This document shows, piece after piece, positions 1 to 13,000 of a stretch of DNA of 64,000 nucleotides. Source of the DNA: Phoronis australis (taxonomy: Eukaryota; Animalia; Phoronida); NCBI GenBank assembly GCA_002633005.1, contig NMRA01000603.1:1-64000 (forward strand), in the 5' to 3' direction. The translations under genes and the position numbers were made by a program. Under the pieces are notes generated by a model. The model ran no database searches. It was given only the letters and a program-made list of their open reading frames with translations, and was not told the origin of the DNA. The first letter of the stretch is position 1. Every line of letters starts with the position of its first letter.

Positions 1-1859
1 CTAGATAGTCCGTGGTACAAGAGTAGACATTTTTTTTTAATTTACACCACGTCTCTTTTTCTTCTCGCCATTGATCGGTGTTAAATTTTTACAAGGCAGA
101 AACATTACTGGAGATGAAACTAATAAGTAATCTGTGACGGGGATGTCGTTTACGCAAAACACTTTCAAAATCATCTATCTGGAAAACAAACTACTGTACT
201 TTGCCCAAAGTACAATAGATGCCATGTGCCAAAGAAGTGAGTTATAATAATTATTTTATTAACCACTACATGTTGTACATGTATGCCTCTCACAAACAAC
301 TCAGCCACACGCTGTTATAACCACTACTGACTCAGTCTGTTAACTGAAAGTTCAATTATGAAATCGCAATCAGACCCGGAGATCAGGAAAGGTACAACAT
401 CGATGATACTGGCTATACGTCAGATTAAAAGTAACGAATTAGTAACTTTACATATCCCACAAATACGTCTGTAACTCCGACCGAAATCTGATAATGAACT
501 GTTGTACAATGTGCCATAGAACATTTAATCGCCTCATCATACGCTTACTTACNTCTGGTTAAAAGGATACTATATCCTGTTTTAATGATTTCAACCAATC
601 CTCGTTGTGTCAATTGTTTTAAACGTGCCATTGGCGTCAATCTTGAAAGATAAAAACAGGACTCTTAACAAAAAATCACACTCCCTGTCATAGACTGGAT
701 ATTATGGTTCTTGCTGTGGGGTCTTTCTTCACAGTTGCAGTGTAATCCACTAAAACCGTAGGTCACGCTTGCCCGTTCAGCAGACATGAGTTTTCAACAT
801 TTCCTCCAAACTTTTGAGACTTGTAAAGGTTTGTTTTGTTTCAGAGAATTGGATGGGAAAGTTGTTTTAAATATCTGTTAATAGGCGTGTTTGGTATCCT
901 TTTAACACCAGAGTAGCTCCCTCGTTATTCTTATGCACAACTACCATTCGCCCCAGGTTTCCTTGTTGCCACACCGAATTTCAGCCCCCAGGCCAGTCGT
1001 GACCCAATCTTTGGTGGCCGTCGCGATAGACCCGTTCTGTTAAGGAAATTGATTGCAGGGCGATTTTCTAACAGAGATTCGAGATTAGAAAATTTCACTC
1101 AGTGATGCTTGGCAGTGATTTGTTTCCACCAAACTTCCGGATGATAAAATAAAAACAAAGATTGGTTTTGATTGAATTAAATCGAGCATTTATTGTCATA
1201 ATGTAGGCTTACTCACGCTTAAGTAGGCGTACTCGGTATCGTGTCATTTTTTACGCCTCGGTCATTATCAGATTTGTGGACGCTGAAAAAACAACGTATT
1301 GACCTTGCTGAAAGTAATAATTTTACTGTGGGGTAACTAACTCGACGTCGTCTTATCTTGAGGTCACCGAAGGTTATGTAGGACCTTATCGACTTGTCGG
1401 TCTATTTACCAGACAAATGTCTATAAAGCTGATGATTTTAACTCGTTAAAAGTACATATTTTCTGAAAGTAGAGAGCCTGAAAGATTTAATTTTTTACTT
1501 CATACCAATGTGTTGTTGATTACCGTGGTGTGCAGATGTAAGCGGTTTTGTTCAGGGTACTCAAACAAATGAGAGGGAAACTGCACAAGACGAGTATCAT
1601 TTTGCTAGCTACATTGTACCTGTAATGTGAGTGAGCCAGTTTTGAATATGAACTCATCCTGCACGGATGCACAACATCGTCCTTGAGTGAAATGAATGTC
1701 TACTTGGCCATTGACAGACACACACGTGATCTACTGTAGTGAGGGAAACTGCCCTTGGTGACACTGCAAGGCAGTGGGTGTCTACCCTAAATGTATTTGG
1801 AGCATCGGCAGCGCCGTTGGCTTGTTATGAAGAGAGGCCGGTGTCTGCTTCCAATGAAA

Positions 1860-2075
1860 TTGAGTCTGGGTAGGCACTACACAAAGGCCAAGGGAGTTCC
1901 AGATTTGCTGATGACGTGAAAGCGTTTAGTTGACGGGAACGTTTGTAGCTGGGTAAAGAACTGGTGTCAGGTGTACCCCTGAAGTCAGCGAAGGATGGCC
2001 AGAAACATATTTAAACGAGATGACTGGACACCAGAGTCCAGATCAAAGGGTTCTCGCATGGCTGCCTCATCAACT
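1860..2075 (+). pseudogene. Degenerate C-terminal fragment of a DNA-transposon protein
   Basis: G*ALHKGQGSSRFADDVKAF...RTGVRCTPE...F.RDDW...QIKG resembles the GWAL..RF..F..G..TG.K.DP..QI motif at the end of a common metazoan transposase family; multiple frameshifts. Confidence 0.35.
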
Positions 2076-2158
2076 GCTGGGTACGGAGACTTGCAAACAG
2101 TGGAGGGAGAAATCTTTTAAGTCACGTGATTACATATGGAGTTATGGAAAAGGTGGTT

Positions 2159-3395
2159 CAGGGCTCGACGCTAGTAAAATCGCCAGGTCACATTTTGCGA
2201 CCTAGCCAAAATCCCAGGTCGCATTTTAGAAATCCAGCTCGCATTTGTAAATGCCAGGTCGCAAAATTTCCCCGCCATTTTACGCGCCAAAATTGATTTT
2301 TNAAAATCGCCAGGTCGCATTTTGCGACCTAGCCAAAATCCCAGGTCGCATTTTCAAAATCCAGCTCTCATTTGTAAATGCCAGGTCGCAAAATTTCCCC
2401 GCCATTTTACGCGCCAAAATTGATTTTTTAGATCATCGAGAAAATGTTTAGATTATGCTCTTACCTGCAGCGTTAAATACTCACAAATTTCAGATCACAA
2501 AATTGAATTCGTTCATGCAGGTACGGCGTTACTGTTCTTCACGACCGCCATTGAAAGGCTCTAGAGCGCAAGGCAAGTTGCCGACGTGAAAGTTGAATCA
2601 GTGCTCTCTAACTGAAACGTACATTCGAGTAGCTAAGTTTGCGATGTGAAAAGGGAGAAATGTTCGTCGAAAAAGTATCTGGGATTTTGCTAGGTCTGAC
2701 TTGCTACTGGCTGTCATCAAAGTCGTTAAAGATTCAAACTAACTCGGAGTGCAAATTCCCTCCACTTTTTGTTCGCAGCCCAAATTTTGCAATTTAACTC
2801 GACGTTCGAAAGACATCTGACGAAAAAAATCCGTGAAACGATGTCCTAACCAAATGACCTATTTGGATGCGTGCGAAAAATTCAGTGCAAATTTCATAAC
2901 AAAAATGTGGTTTTAATGCTGTTTAGGTACTCAACAATTAGTTTTCCATGAAATGAATAGCCTCGAAAGAATTCCCGACCCCCTCCGTGCGGGTTTCCAT
3001 CGGGTAATGGCGAGTTTGCTCCTCAGTACCTTCCAAGTACGGGAAAAATAGGTCAGTCACAAAACGAAACGCATGTCACTAGTGTTAACTTTCTTTCGGA
3101 TCGTCAAAGATCGATTCTGCATATCTGATGTTCACGCGACTTCCTTGCAGGTCATTGCTGTTCTCGGTTAGTGTTCTTTTGAACTTGGACTTGGCAACAA
3201 CCAAATAACGGTCGGATTAACAAGAGATGCTTTATATTTGCCTGGTATCTGCCGAGAAGCGTTAAAACTCAGCTCGCATTCGTTGGAAATTCCAGGTAGC
3301 ATTTTGCGACTTGATACGACCTGACAAAAATCTCATCTCGCATTTCCAAATTTCAGGTCGCAAATGCGACCTGCAGCTCGTTATGTCGAGCCCTG
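2159..3395. mobile_element. Non-autonomous TIR element (hAT-like CAGGG termini)
   Basis: 11-bp TIR CAGGGCTCGAC / GTCGAGCCCTG; many subterminal CCAGGTCGCA / TGCGACCT repeats at both ends; no TSD seen. Confidence 0.7.
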
Positions 3396-3460
3396 CACAC
3401 ATGCACACACACACGCGCACACACATGAACACACACACACGCACACACACACATTCACAC
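3396..3460. repeat. (CA)n microsatellite
   Basis: Interrupted CA run. Confidence 0.9.
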
Positions 3461-4415
3461 AAACACTTGTTGACAAAATCTTTATTTTCATTCTCCAAAA
3501 AAGAACTGACTGAAGATTCCCTTAAGTTGCAGTTTCACACCATTCGAAACATAATGCAGACAAACCATAATCCTGAGGTATCTGCTGCCCAAAGAGGCCA
3601 AACTCCTTCAACTGTTTTAAAATATCTTCAGGTATACTGGCTTTTCGATCAATGTCACGGAAGTCACCTTAAAAGAAAATAAACAAAACACATCTTCAGG
3701 TATGGTAAAATCTCACTAATTGCAGGCAAAATAAAAGACATCAAAATTCATCTTTTTTATGTTGTTTTTCAATATCCAAAGACCTCTAATAATGCAAATG
3801 CCTGCAATTTCTAAAACTATTGGCACAAACAAGCCATCATAGAGAACTTAAAAAATTAAACCATTTGTTTGATGATATGTAAATTTAATGGCAAACAGAA
3901 AAAAATTCACCTGTCCTTCATAGTTGTGAACAAAATTCTGATTCAGAAGCCTACTTTCAGTTCCAGGTGATTAGACTGCCCCTGCACCCTCCAATGTGGA
4001 CTAAAGACATTGTGTGGCTATAACAAAGATTGTAACAAAGACCTACTGGTTCGATCATGGCAATCCGTTTTGAATCAGGCGGCAACCATAATCTACTCAT
4101 GATGAACAATAATGTACCCTACCTAGCTATAATGGGTCTAAAACTGCTTAAAACAGCAATGGGTCACTATACCCCCAGCGTGGCCTCAGCCTACTATAGT
4201 TACCATGAAGAGAAGCCATAGCCTAGCTCCAGTTTAGACACCTTAACTATGATGTTCTGTTTAGCATTTGGACATCCAAGTAAAGAAAGCAATAATTTAC
4301 TACCACCAGATCTGAGAGCTCATTGGCCGATCCAGAATAAGCAGTTAATTAAGATATGATGTAAGATAAGGTGAACGTTGCTGCATGTCTGCAGTCAGTC
4401 AATTGAAGATGAGCA

Positions 4416-4490
4416 AGTCATGTGACCACACACTAGATAGAGTCATGTGACCAGACACTAGATAGAGTCACGTGACCAGACACTAGATAT
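4416..4490. repeat. 25-bp tandem repeat x3
   Basis: AGTCATGTGACCAGACACTAGATAG. Confidence 0.9.
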
Positions 4491-5328
4491 AGTTTTGATG
4501 TTGCTCCTCAGACACCTACTCTCATGAAAGAATTTTTCAACAGGCTCAATCTTTTTGTGAAATTCCAGCAGATCATCTGTGCTTTCGATTTCAGGAAATA
4601 CCAACAAATTCTGAAATGATGAAAACACCAATTAACAGTCACCGAATATATAACATGAACTAAGGACAGAACCTACAGTACATGGCAGTTGGATTTTTCA
4701 TAAATTTTAAAATCATACATTGTAAAATGACACAATCCGCTAAGTATATATTCACAATGTACGAGTCACAATGTCCATAGTCCCTAGCAGCACAGCCAAG
4801 TTAGTTCATTTTACTTCTAGTATACATATACATCCCAGAGTAAGGTTTACAAGTGTCATTAGGGCTTAATTTTTCAATTGCTGAAATAACATTTGTATTT
4901 TCAAAATGTTTAAATCAACAAGAAATCTACTAAAGGACGCTGAATGAATAAACAATTTTCCGAAATGTTACAGTACTATTCGTACTGCTAGGTAGAAAAC
5001 TACACCCCAGAATTTCCCGCCCAAATACAATAACTGGAAGATGGGATTAAAACAAAGCAAGAGGGCCCTCCTGAGGTGAATCAGCAGTGAATGTAGTAAT
5101 ATCAATGCCTAATCTTAATCACTCGCGTAGGAGCAATTGTTCTGGTCAACTAGTTAGGATGTTGGATATTGAAGCAAGAGGTACCGGGATGGAAATTTAG
5201 AAAACTGACTTTTCAATTTACCCGTGCACAATACATACCCAAGACAGCATAGAGGAACCACACAGCCTCCTGAGTTATATAGTAAATGCCATATGGCTGA
5301 GAACATTTAGTTATTTCACGATAGGCTA

Positions 5329-5622
5329 CTATAGGCGATTCATATGCCTGAAGCTTTTCGGCTAATTATGCCTCACATTCATTAAAACATCAAAGTCACA
5401 TTGCTAAAGTATCTTTTGCACATAGAGGGACACCTTTGGAGGCCACCGATGTCATTAATTCTTGGTGCACGCAGTGAAAAAATGGACAGTTGCCAATTTG
5501 GGCAACTGAACGAAGAACTGTTTGAAAACAGTTTGATGATTAGAGTATTTGTTCGAGCTAGAAGGAATTAAAGATGTTGATGGCCTTCTAAGCTGGTGTC
5601 CCTCTATGCGGAAAAGGTACTG
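5329..5622. mobile_element. Decayed, internally deleted relative of the 22409-23430 TIR element
   Basis: 5329-5464 aligns to the left TIR (about 22460-22597) and about 5520-5620 to the right TIR (about 23150-23240). Confidence 0.7.
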
Positions 5623-8600
5623 ATCTTCCCCAGTACAATGTGTACGATCAGAAGCTGAGCGAGGACGCCTGTGATTTTGAGAACCAGTTTCATCCCCAGC
5701 ATGGCCGTTATTCAGTGCTGGTTCTATATATAATATATAATTGCAGGCGGTCTGATACACGTTGTACCAGACGTGCGCAGGCCTCGCATGTTGGCCCATT
5801 GCACTGCTGGTTCTATGAATCAGGGTCCATTATATCTGACTAACCATTACCCATCCCCTTTACGCAGATGTATGTCAGTTTGTTTTAACTATGTGCACAT
5901 ATTTCGCAATTTCTTCACATCTTACCGGTTCAAATTTCCCAAGGAAAAAATCTTTTATAAACGGAACGTTTGTTTTGGGCTTTGCAACACTTTCAATTAC
6001 GGCAGAAGCGTCTCCCATTGAAGAGTTTGACAGTGCTGTTGACGAGCAACGAGCAACTATACACAATCCATTCCATTTATAACGAATCAGCCTCAAATAG
6101 CACTTTGAATGCAGTGCATTGGCCGAAAACATGTCGAATTTATGACAGAGACGGCACAGACAGACGGAAATGATCTCTAGTGTCCTCTATCGTTTATTCT
6201 TCAAATCAAATAGCTATCAAAACTTATGATGAGATTTATGGGCACTTGTAACGTGTTGCGGCCGCAGCCAAGTTTACGGTCGAGTTCAAAATTACCAAAG
6301 AAGAAAAAATACATAAATAAAAGCAATTATCTCATGTCAACTAATCAAACTCCGAAGGTCAACGAATTCTTTAATCAAATTCCAAATGTCAACGAAATCT
6401 GTTTGTCGATTTTGAGTCGTGTATAGTTGGCCTAGTGCGACATAATGCCGATTAAGTATGACAGTAAATCGGACAAAACTATTTATGTCTGACTTAAAGT
6501 AATTAGTGCATAACATAACTATCGAATAATATCGTAATAAATTAATTGATGTCAAACGCACTTCGATAAACAACAATAATATCCACCATTACCGGTTTCT
6601 ATTTGGATACGGTACTCGTATCTGGCATTCATGTAAGTCAGCCAATGAGAATCGTCGGAAAAATACATTTTATTGATTCATTTGAAAGGACATGACCTCA
6701 GTTTTTGCGGATGGAGTACTTCCGAAAGTCACTGCAGACGACGCTCATCACTGGCTGACCTCATGTACGGCTAGCGACCACAGACATATATACGGTTTAC
6801 TGCTGGGTCTCGGTTGCCCGCGAGAGCTTATGGTTGGGCAAATCTAAGTCCATGAATAATTTGGCTAAATTGAGATTCAGTGTCTACACAACCCAGCAGC
6901 ATCATTTACGTGTTAATTTATGAGAACTCTACGTTTTATTGTCGTGGATCCACAGAGCGCGGCGCAGCTAGCCGGCAGTCGTCGCGCACATATATGCTCA
7001 ACTCAGTGAATTCGAAAACGATGAGCGAGCGCCACCTGACGTTGGGCGAAGTTAACTTGACGGACATGTTGAGGCAGGCCCAGAATTGTACAAACCTATA
7101 TAAGCCCAATCTCTCACCTACCAACTGTATTATTGCAAGTGCGACTGATGGACGGAAACATTGCTGAAAGACGTGAGGACTGATCGGCTGCTCCGGTTTG
7201 AGGAATATCCTGGGTAAAACAGCAGTCGTTTGATTGTGCGCTATACTGGTACTTTTGAATGGTCTTGACGTTCTGTGATTGATCGCGATTTGGTTGCTGT
7301 TTGTTTCACTGAGTAATGCCCTCGTGTAATTAGGCCTACCTGTAGTGCAAATGGATCATCATGCCTAAATGGCTGGAATATTGGTCAACACTGACTTTGT
7401 CCACTTCATAGGATATGCAAAGTATTTCAGATCACGTTGTTGATACTTTGCGCACATGAGTTGATTTTGAGGTGCCATAAGGCGTGGGGCAACTGTTCAT
7501 TTTGACAGACTTGTCCAGATGTGTCATCGTCTGTAAACTTAAACATAGATGAGGTTATGCAACGCGAATTTTGGGGTTGACATGGCTGCGACAAGAAGAA
7601 GTCGCGACCGTTAACAAAGTTACTTTGGATACGACTGAGCTTGCAACGTTTGGAGTATTTCGTCAAGCAATCGAACGGTTCAGTTACGTTTCAGCACGGG
7701 CGTGTTCTAGCTTTGAGATCGCGTTTCTTCTTGTATATGGCGGTGAACACGCACCTTATCTTGCATCACCTACGGATTTGGACGAAATTGCAGTTTGACG
7801 CCCCGCCCCACGCAGGCAGGTTTCATGTTGCGGGCCCAGAAGTGCTTATTGACTTGGACTCGTAATAACTTGAAGGCTAATCTGGGACTGCGCGACGGCG
7901 GATGGTGTAATATTCAAATGTCTGGTTCTCAAAGAAGCATGTAACCATGCCGCGTAGGTCTTATTAGCGCGGCGAGGACCAAGTGCAGTATTTTTACAAT
8001 TTGCCTCGGTCGACTAAGCGTTAGCGTAGAAGCAGACGCCGGACGTTATGTGACGTTGTGTACTAGTATGCAACACCGCCACCTGGTGTAAATTCTTCCC
8101 GTCGGCATGTCATTTTTACGACTTACGAGTGCCCTCCTTACAACATCCTAGATCAACCAGAGGAGCATTTCGTCTACAGCTCTGTGAGAAATGAAATACA
8201 TGTAGATGTATGTCAACAGAAAGATTGACGCTGAGTGTGGACGTTAGAATGTGTTGCGCTAAATCCTGCTGAAAGTACCTCTGAAGTTCATTTCGTGCAC
8301 ATATACAGAGACGAATTGTGTTAATCAAGTTGAAAGGTTATGAGCCATGATTAAATCCTTTAGCCACGATATGGGGTCACACAGATTTAGCATTTTACAG
8401 TACATAGGACAGTGGAAGTGAAAGTGCACTGTAGTCATTACGTAACTTAGTACAGACACGAAACTATGTTTCGACAACACCGGGAATATTACATACACCT
8501 AGCGTTGGATTGTAACTAGGACTATAATGAAACTCCCAGGATTGTAAGCATGAATTCGGCATCCGTATGTCCAATCTAAATACGGTATATTTAGTAAACA

Positions 8601-9749
8601 AATTGGATATTGTACACTTTTTTTCTGAAATTTCGCTCAGTTGTCCCATTTGGAACTCGAAACTAGACCGTTACTGCCTTATTCCATATAACGTTTACTA
8701 CTTGTTTGATCTTGTGGAACCTCGATGTCGCCATTTTCAAATCCTCTTCATTCGATTATTGTGTGAGTTTTCAGCATGTTTTCCATGAAGTAGTAAAGGT
8801 AACGCACATATTTCTAGCGCCTTTTATCACCTGAAAAGATCAGACGATGGCGATCCTGATGCTCTGCTGGAATTTACACCGTGTTGAACAACATTCACCC
8901 TGGCCGCCCAGTCTACTTGATTAATTGCAAAGCCAGCATGGAACAGTATAATCAGTTTAGAAAATAGCACAGCTAAACATTTCGTTTGATTTCCAATTTC
9001 ATGTCTTACCACAGATGACGCACACATGTTCAGTATTTTATCTCATTTAAGGGTCATTTCGCCACTGGTAACCTGGCCATGTTGAATTTTTAACCCAAAA
9101 GCGTTTTGCGATTTAAAAGTCACGCTCATCCGATCTTGAACGAAATACAGCAGTTGAAGACACAGGCAATATGTACTTGGGCCATTTCCGAATTCGCACA
9201 ATAACGCGTAACATTTACTGAAATTCAGCCGATTTTTAAAACTCTCTGGTAACACTGAGTTAAATTTTCTCATTCACCGTACTTTTAATGGGACAAGTTA
9301 TTGGGTCCGAAGTTGCAGTGCAACGCATGAGTTGCAAATTTGCCCAGTACGACATGAATTCGTTTTCAATATTGAGTTGGTGATTCTTGTTCATTCTGCG
9401 TACGAATTTGAAACAAGTGCAATCGGAAATTTATGGAACAATTTTTCATGAAATCTTACATCTCTGGTAATTCACCGCATTGTTTACATAGTTTAGGTTT
9501 GGTAGGCTTGTTTTGAACTAGGTAGCAGTATTGATTCTTAGTATTCAACATGAAGACAAAGAGTCAGACGAATTAGCTTAGGTAATCCTGCAGAGTTATT
9601 CTTTTTAATCCTTCGTTTGATTTGGTCCCGACAGAGGGCCTAGTGGCTCCATCAACAAAAGGAAAATTGAGCAGATTTAACGCTCTCACTTGACCGTGAA
9701 AATTTGTTGTCGGGCATTTGGAGCTTCCCTGCATGACTGCAGTGCTGAG

Positions 9750-9925
9750 GCCAGCCAATGAATAGGGCGACAAGGGATTAGCAGCGCTTGGGCGGCTAGT
9801 GTCGGACGCAACTTTTGAGAACCCTTCTCAAACGAGGCGGTGCTGGCGACACGTGCCTTTTCCACAATAACAATGAGAATCTCCCTCTTAAATTTGTGGC
9901 ACGTACCCACTGTCGCTCAGTTACC
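9750..9925 (+). promoter_or_regulatory. Putative BMPER core promoter
   Basis: CCAAT box (agccaatg, about 9753), TATA-like TTAAAT at 9888 and initiator TCAGTT at 9917 (about 30 nt apart), 100 nt upstream of the ATG. Confidence 0.5.
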
Positions 9926-10018
9926 GACGAGTTACCACACTGTACGCACCATTCATCACATCATAATTCTAACCAGTTGATTGTCTTTCGTCGTTTGCTT
10001 TCGTGTAGTTTACTGCAA

Positions 10019-10085
10019 ATGTTTCGACTCTTTTGTTTCGTTTACGTTGTGGTGATTGGTACCGTAAGCGCCAGATTTTTAGCAG
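10019..10085 (+). CDS. BMPER: BMPER exon 1 (signal peptide)
   Basis: ATG at 10019, hydrophobic leader, donor CAG|GTAAG, phase 1. Confidence 0.85.
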
Positions 10086-13000
10086 GTAAGCAGTAGATTT
10101 CCGCTGTCTTTTCTGTAAATGCAATTGGATTGTTTGCGAGAAATTCGTGTTAAAACTAACATTTGTAATGCAGTATGGTGAATGCGGAAAAATTTTCCCA
10201 AGGAAATTTCCCAGAGCTACGACTAAAACGCGTTTTATTTTTAAAACTTGTGTTAAAGTGATTGCCGCATCCCAGTGAATAGATCTTTTACAGCAATTGG
10301 TAGGGCAAGTTTATTATCTTCTTTTTATACCTCGAACGTTTTGTTTTAACTATAATCGAGTGGTTTCTGAAATATATTTCTCACACGTTTGCCCAAATTG
10401 TAATTTGCCTGCTGTTCCTGCGAAAAACCTATATACCCAAGGAAACGTTTCCTTTTTTCAGATAGAACATTTAAACGTAGCGCTATAAAACTGGTCATAT
10501 TTTGTTCCTTACTCATTTGAGATTTTTGTACCGTCGACTTATAAGTTGAGACCGCACCGCAAGTAAGATTACCTACCGTCAGTGCCGTGACAGGCCACTT
10601 GTGGAACAAGGTCTAAGACACCATCTTTGTTTTGAATAAGAGAAAAGTTGAAATCGATTTTATCAAACGTTAGGTCTTTTCAGATCTTGTTTGTTTTTAC
10701 GATAGGTTCTGCCGCTAAATGTGACAACGAAGGCGAAGAAGTGAAGTTGCCCTTGGTAACAAGGTCTTCGTGCATCAAATGTTTCTGTCGGGTAAGTGTC
10801 ATTGCCGAAAATGCTGAAATTGAGAAACTTTACCCGCTCATTAAAAAGATTGAATAATCTGATTAGTAGTTTGCCTGCCATTTGCAATGAGTTGTTGTTC
10901 ATTATCGATAAAAATGTACTTCATTTAAGAGTCCATGTTGACGAAATAGTCTCTAATTAGAGTTTTTGTTTCGGATACATTAAATACATTCGTCGTAAGT
11001 TGCAGAAAAGTCGAAACTTTTCCCATTCAGGTATTAAATAAATATTAAGGAGTTGCTTTCCTTTGTTTTAATCACTTTACAACACAGAATGGGTCTCGTT
11101 AATTTTGAGATATTCATAACTTGAAAAATGCAGTGATTAAAGCTTTGTGTGTATGCCTTGAAGTTAGCGTTACTGAGCCGCGACGGTTATTTTGATGGCG
11201 CGCAGAAAATTAAGAACTTAAACGTAAACTTTTAGACGAAATTCTGATTGTTTTCCATTAGGTACTGTGTAAATTGTTTAGTTTCAATGATATTTTAAAG
11301 AAAATTTAAACGGAAATAATATCGCTACTCGTGGTCTCGGGATGGCTAATTGATGTTCAGTTATTCTGTAAACTATTTCAGTAAATGACAAACTTAGTTT
11401 ACCTGTACATTTAATATTATCTTAACAAAAATGTTGTTTTTCGTCTTGTTGCCTTGTTTCATGGATTTTCTGCTTTTATCTCGCAATCCTGTTTGTGATG
11501 CTTGGAAGTAATGTTCATAATTTCAGTAATTCAGGTATGACGAGTGAAGGCCATCATATCGGAAATGGATAACAGTTTCTTCCTCTAAAATAGTTTAGAT
11601 TGCACGCGAGAATGTTAAAACTTTTATTACTGAATGTTGCATTCTACCTTTACAGAATGGCGAAGTTAACTGCGAAAAAGACTTGTGCAACGCTACAAAA
11701 GGTTGTCATCTAATTTTGTTCCATCGTCCAAAAGGGGCGTGCTGTGATGTCTGCAAAGGTAAGTCATTTACGGGGCTAGTTACTTCAGTTGCCCTTTGTT
11801 TGGCTTTTGTAAATAACATAAGTGGTCGTAAGATTCTATTGTATTCGTAACGTGATATTTAAGCCGGTTTGTAGCAGCGGTATACACAATTTCATGCCCT
11901 ATTAAATATCAATCGCAATCGGTGATCACGTTATGACAATCTTGTTGTGCGATCGCTATTGGGACCGACATGATCCTGTGTTATGACAGCCTCACTGTCT
12001 CGCTCAAAACAATTTTCTGGACATTATCTCTAAACTATTTCTCTTCTAAATCTTATTTGCGGACTGGTGACCCGAAGGCTATGCTTTTTCGACAGGTTAC
12101 CACTTCCCACCAATTTTCTTTGGTGACGGAAGAAAACCGCGACAGCCAAGATTTTAGGCGCGGATAGAGAGGGTCTGAACCATACCTGCTCGGCCTCTTA
12201 TTATTACTGTGTTGAAATGTAAAAATACTCCCTATATTTTTTCGTTGTGGAAATCTTTGATCCGCGTCTTTGGGTGGTGTTAGCAGCTTTCATGTTGGAG
12301 TTTTTATTAATATCATTCATTTAGCAGAAACAGAAAGAGATTTGGCGGTGCTAATTTTTAATGTTCAACGAATATATTGTGCGCATGCGCGTCTTCATTG
12401 CACGTATGCGCGTCTTTGCTTAGGCCGTAGTGTGATAACTACGTACATGGGGCCTATTGCATGAAACTGACTTAAGTTCATTTTTTACATAAGTGACTAT
12501 AATTTGGCAATAATCTTTCTCGTATACATATTTCATTGAAGACACGACTTTGATCTGTTTTTACTAGTTTAATTTCAGTTCTTTCAAACTCTCTAAATAG
12601 AGATCTCGTCTTTACATCACAACAGTGCAATAAAAATCCAAACGACATCAGTAGGTAACATAATTTCCCTTTTTAAATTATGTTACCTACTGATGTCGTT
12701 TGTAAGTACAACAGTTGTTTGTTTTCTCTTGACTGTGTGATCTAATAGTCTTTTTCCTTTCTTTAGGTTGCAACTATAACGGAACATTTTATGCGTCCGG
12801 CACCACGTGGTCCGATCATGTCAACCCTTGTCAGACGTTCACTTGTAAAGCGGGCGTCATCACGTCGTCAACGACCCAGTGTTATCTACCCTGTAAAAAC
12901 CCGGTGCTTGTGCCAGGACAGTGTTGCCCAGCCTGTCACGGTGAGCTTTGTAGAAATACTTGTTATCGAAAATTTAGTAAAATTTTCGAGTAAGTACTGT

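Noticed and set aside
2177-2427. ~125-bp tandem duplication inside the CAGGG element
   Set aside because: The junction coincides with an ambiguous n at 2302; may be a contig-join artefact
3262-3682. ORFs rich in CV/HT
   Set aside because: Translation of the CA microsatellite
4416-4490. Short repeat array as a CRISPR candidate
   Set aside because: Contiguous tandem units with no spacers, no cas genes, eukaryotic context
5105-5320. tRNA-like sequence
   Set aside because: Only a degenerate SINE-like head; no cloverleaf can be drawn
6630-10000. Canonical BMP-response element GRCGNC-N5-GTCT upstream of BMPER
   Set aside because: No exact match found by eye
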